A stretch of 63,900 bases of DNA, filler included, from Vicugna vicugna (lineage: Eukaryota): the NCBI GenBank assembly GCA_013265495.1. It is 81 parts of 79 records of this genome, joined end to end, with 100 filler letters (N's around TTAATTAATTAA, not from the genome) between each part and the next. Parts side by side here need not be neighbours in the genome. Positions count along the whole stretch, not along the records: positions 61,840 to 62,294 come from PNXW01002988.1; positions 62,395 to 62,947 come from PNXW01002989.1; positions 63,048 to 63,749 come from MU058056.1; positions 63,850 to 63,900 come from MU058248.1; 77 more parts are not named here. One strand, given 5' to 3'. Positions 61,740 through 63,900 of the stretch are shown piece after piece; positions within the stretch are counted from its first letter, which is position 1; each line of letters opens with the position of its first letter. The notes under the pieces were generated by a model that was not told the DNA's origin, made no database searches, and saw only the letters and a list, made by a program, of their open reading frames with translations. The translations under genes were made by a program, and so were the position numbers.

Positions 61740-62619
61740 NNNNNNNNNNNNNNNNNNNNNNNNNNNNNNNNNNNNNNNNNNNNTTAATTAATTAANNNNN
61801 NNNNNNNNNNNNNNNNNNNNNNNNNNNNNNNNNNNNNNNAAGAATCACAGAGAACTGCCTTCACGGCGGGCCCAGCAGCATGTGGAAGGTTCTCCGACCG
61901 TCACCTGTGGGACCACCACGAGCCCTCTCCAGACTCAAGGACAGAGGCCGTAGGCCGGGGGAACACAGCTTCCCTCACTCTCCCCAGCAAAGGTTTCCAC
62001 GTCTCGGAAAAGGACACCTCACCCTCTAACCCTCTTCTGCCCAAGGGACAGCACGATAGATACACCGGGAAACAGAGCAGAAGGTGGGGGGGTAGTCAGC
62101 CCAAAAGAGCTCGTCTGTACTTCCGAGTCAAAGTGGGGCCTTTGACTTAATCACAGGGACAAACTGAAAATGAACATTTCCCTGCTCTGTCCCATTCACC
62201 GTGATAGGCCTTTCCCTGCATAAGGAATTCATTCAGAAGTCCCTGGCGTTGTTTCTGATATCCTAACTTGGCATGGTGGCTGTCGGGCAAGAAGNNNNNN
62301 NNNNNNNNNNNNNNNNNNNNNNNNNNNNNNNNNNNNNNTTAATTAATTAANNNNNNNNNNNNNNNNNNNNNNNNNNNNNNNNNNNNNNNNNNNNTTAAAG
62401 TTATGATCAGAAAATATGATAAGAAGAAACTTGAGGAAACAGAATGGAAAATTTTCCTGTTTCTTAAGAAATATTGAACCCATTAAGTGCTTGGAAGAAA
62501 AATGGAAATGTGTCAAGTTTGTAAAAGTTCTGAAATGAATTAGAATTGATTTCACAGACCATGTAGGAGACAGTGCTATATAGTTAGTGTGTCTTTGGTC
62601 TCTTTCAGTATTTCAGTTC

Positions 62620-62770
62620 TTTCACTTAATAGTTGCTTCATTTGGGGCAAATTGCATCATCTCCACGTGGCTCTATTTCCTCATCTATAAAAAATATTAC
62701 CTTCCCCACAGGGTGATCGTGAGGATTTAGAAAAATAGATGTGTGCTGAAGCATTAGTAAGCATTTAAAG
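62620..62770 (+). mobile_element. MIR SINE fragment
   Basis: TTGGGGCAAATT...TTTCCTCATCTATAAAA...GTGAGGATTTAG. Confidence 0.7.
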
Positions 62771-63047
62771 AATCTTAAGTATTATGATTACTTAATACAT
62801 AATTAAAAAATTATTATGCAGACTTTTAAAAAATGCTTACTATTTAAATGGCCTAAATGTGCCGTACAAGAGAGCAAGGCTTAATATACATTATATAGTA
62901 CACTTTTTCTCAGCCTTAACTAATTTTCACATTTAATCACACACACANNNNNNNNNNNNNNNNNNNNNNNNNNNNNNNNNNNNNNNNNNNNTTAATTAAT
63001 TAANNNNNNNNNNNNNNNNNNNNNNNNNNNNNNNNNNNNNNNNNNNN

Positions 63048-63749
63048 ATATTTCAAAGTGCATAGGTAAATTTTTTGGTGGTTTAAACATCTCTCATGCG
63101 CATATTCACAGCTCAGAAATTCATGTTTGAGGAATCCGTGATGCATGAAACATGTTCAGAATACGGAATGCCATGGTTATGTAAACAATACAAATTACAT
63201 GTGTATTGGTGAGAATTCGATGAAAGAGTGTTTTCTAGTGCCAAATGTCCGATTTTAGAACCTAGTGATACAAAAAACNNNNNNNNNNNNNNNNNNNNNN
63301 NNNNNNNNNNNNNNNNNNNNNNNNNNNNNNNNNNNNNNNNNNNNNNNNNNNNNNNNNNNNNNNNNNNNNNNNNNNNNNNNNNNNNNNNNNNNNNNNNNNN
63401 NNNNNNNNNNNNNNNNNNNNNNNNNNNNNNNNNNNNNNNNNNNNNNNNNNNNNNNNNNNNNNNNNNNNNNNNNNNNNNNNNNNNNNNNNNNNNNNNNNNN
63501 NNGAATTCGAAACTTGTCTTAGGGAAAGCTTGTGAAAATGTGTACAAGAGTCTATATGAAATTATTCCTTTTATAGAGAATGAAAAATCAGTAATCCACA
63601 TGCTCTCAACTCAGAAATGCATGTTTGTCGAATCCGTCATGCATGTAACATGTACGGAACATGGAATATCATGTTGAAGGAATCTATTCAAATTAAATAT
63701 CTCTAGTAGAATTCGCTCCAAGAGGGTTTTTCTGGGATCAAAGTGTGAT
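63048..63749 (+). repeat. Satellite D
   Basis: D subunits in canonical order. Confidence 0.92.
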
Positions 63750-63849
63750 NNNNNNNNNNNNNNNNNNNNNNNNNNNNNNNNNNNNNNNNNNNNTTAATTA
63801 ATTAANNNNNNNNNNNNNNNNNNNNNNNNNNNNNNNNNNNNNNNNNNNN

Positions 63850-63900
63850 TGCGCACTACCGACCGTTGGTGGAACCTCCCCAAGCTCAGGATTCCAGAAC
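63850..63900 (+). repeat. Satellite A (start of a scaffold)
   Basis: CCGACCGTTGGTGGAACCTCCCC. Confidence 0.9.

Overview
This is not a contiguous locus. About 81 short unplaced mammalian scaffolds (about 0.25-1.5 kb, many with internal N gaps) are joined by an artificial 100-bp spacer, N44-TTAATTAATTAA-N44, so adjacency across spacers has no meaning and most ORF-track entries are gap or repeat artefacts. A Vic-1-like SINE and the L1 UTR types suggest a camelid (inference). Nearly half of the pieces are satellite DNA: A (GC-rich, 267 bp), B (diverged about 267-bp relatives of A with higher-order structure), C (249 bp), D (about 246-bp subunits in an about 738-bp trimer, homologous to C), E (7-bp TTCTATA-based) and F (16-bp minisatellite). 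The rest is L1, MIR, MER2 and ERV debris, three exons of a CpG-decayed FKBP10-like copy, the 5' end of an olfactory receptor gene, an ERV env fragment and an unidentified multicopy gene-like unit. The most notable observation is an about 325-bp L1 derivative whose 5' UTR head is joined to the 3' tail exactly at a GT donor and AG acceptor, consistent with a spliced, retrotransposed L1. All alignments were done by eye.
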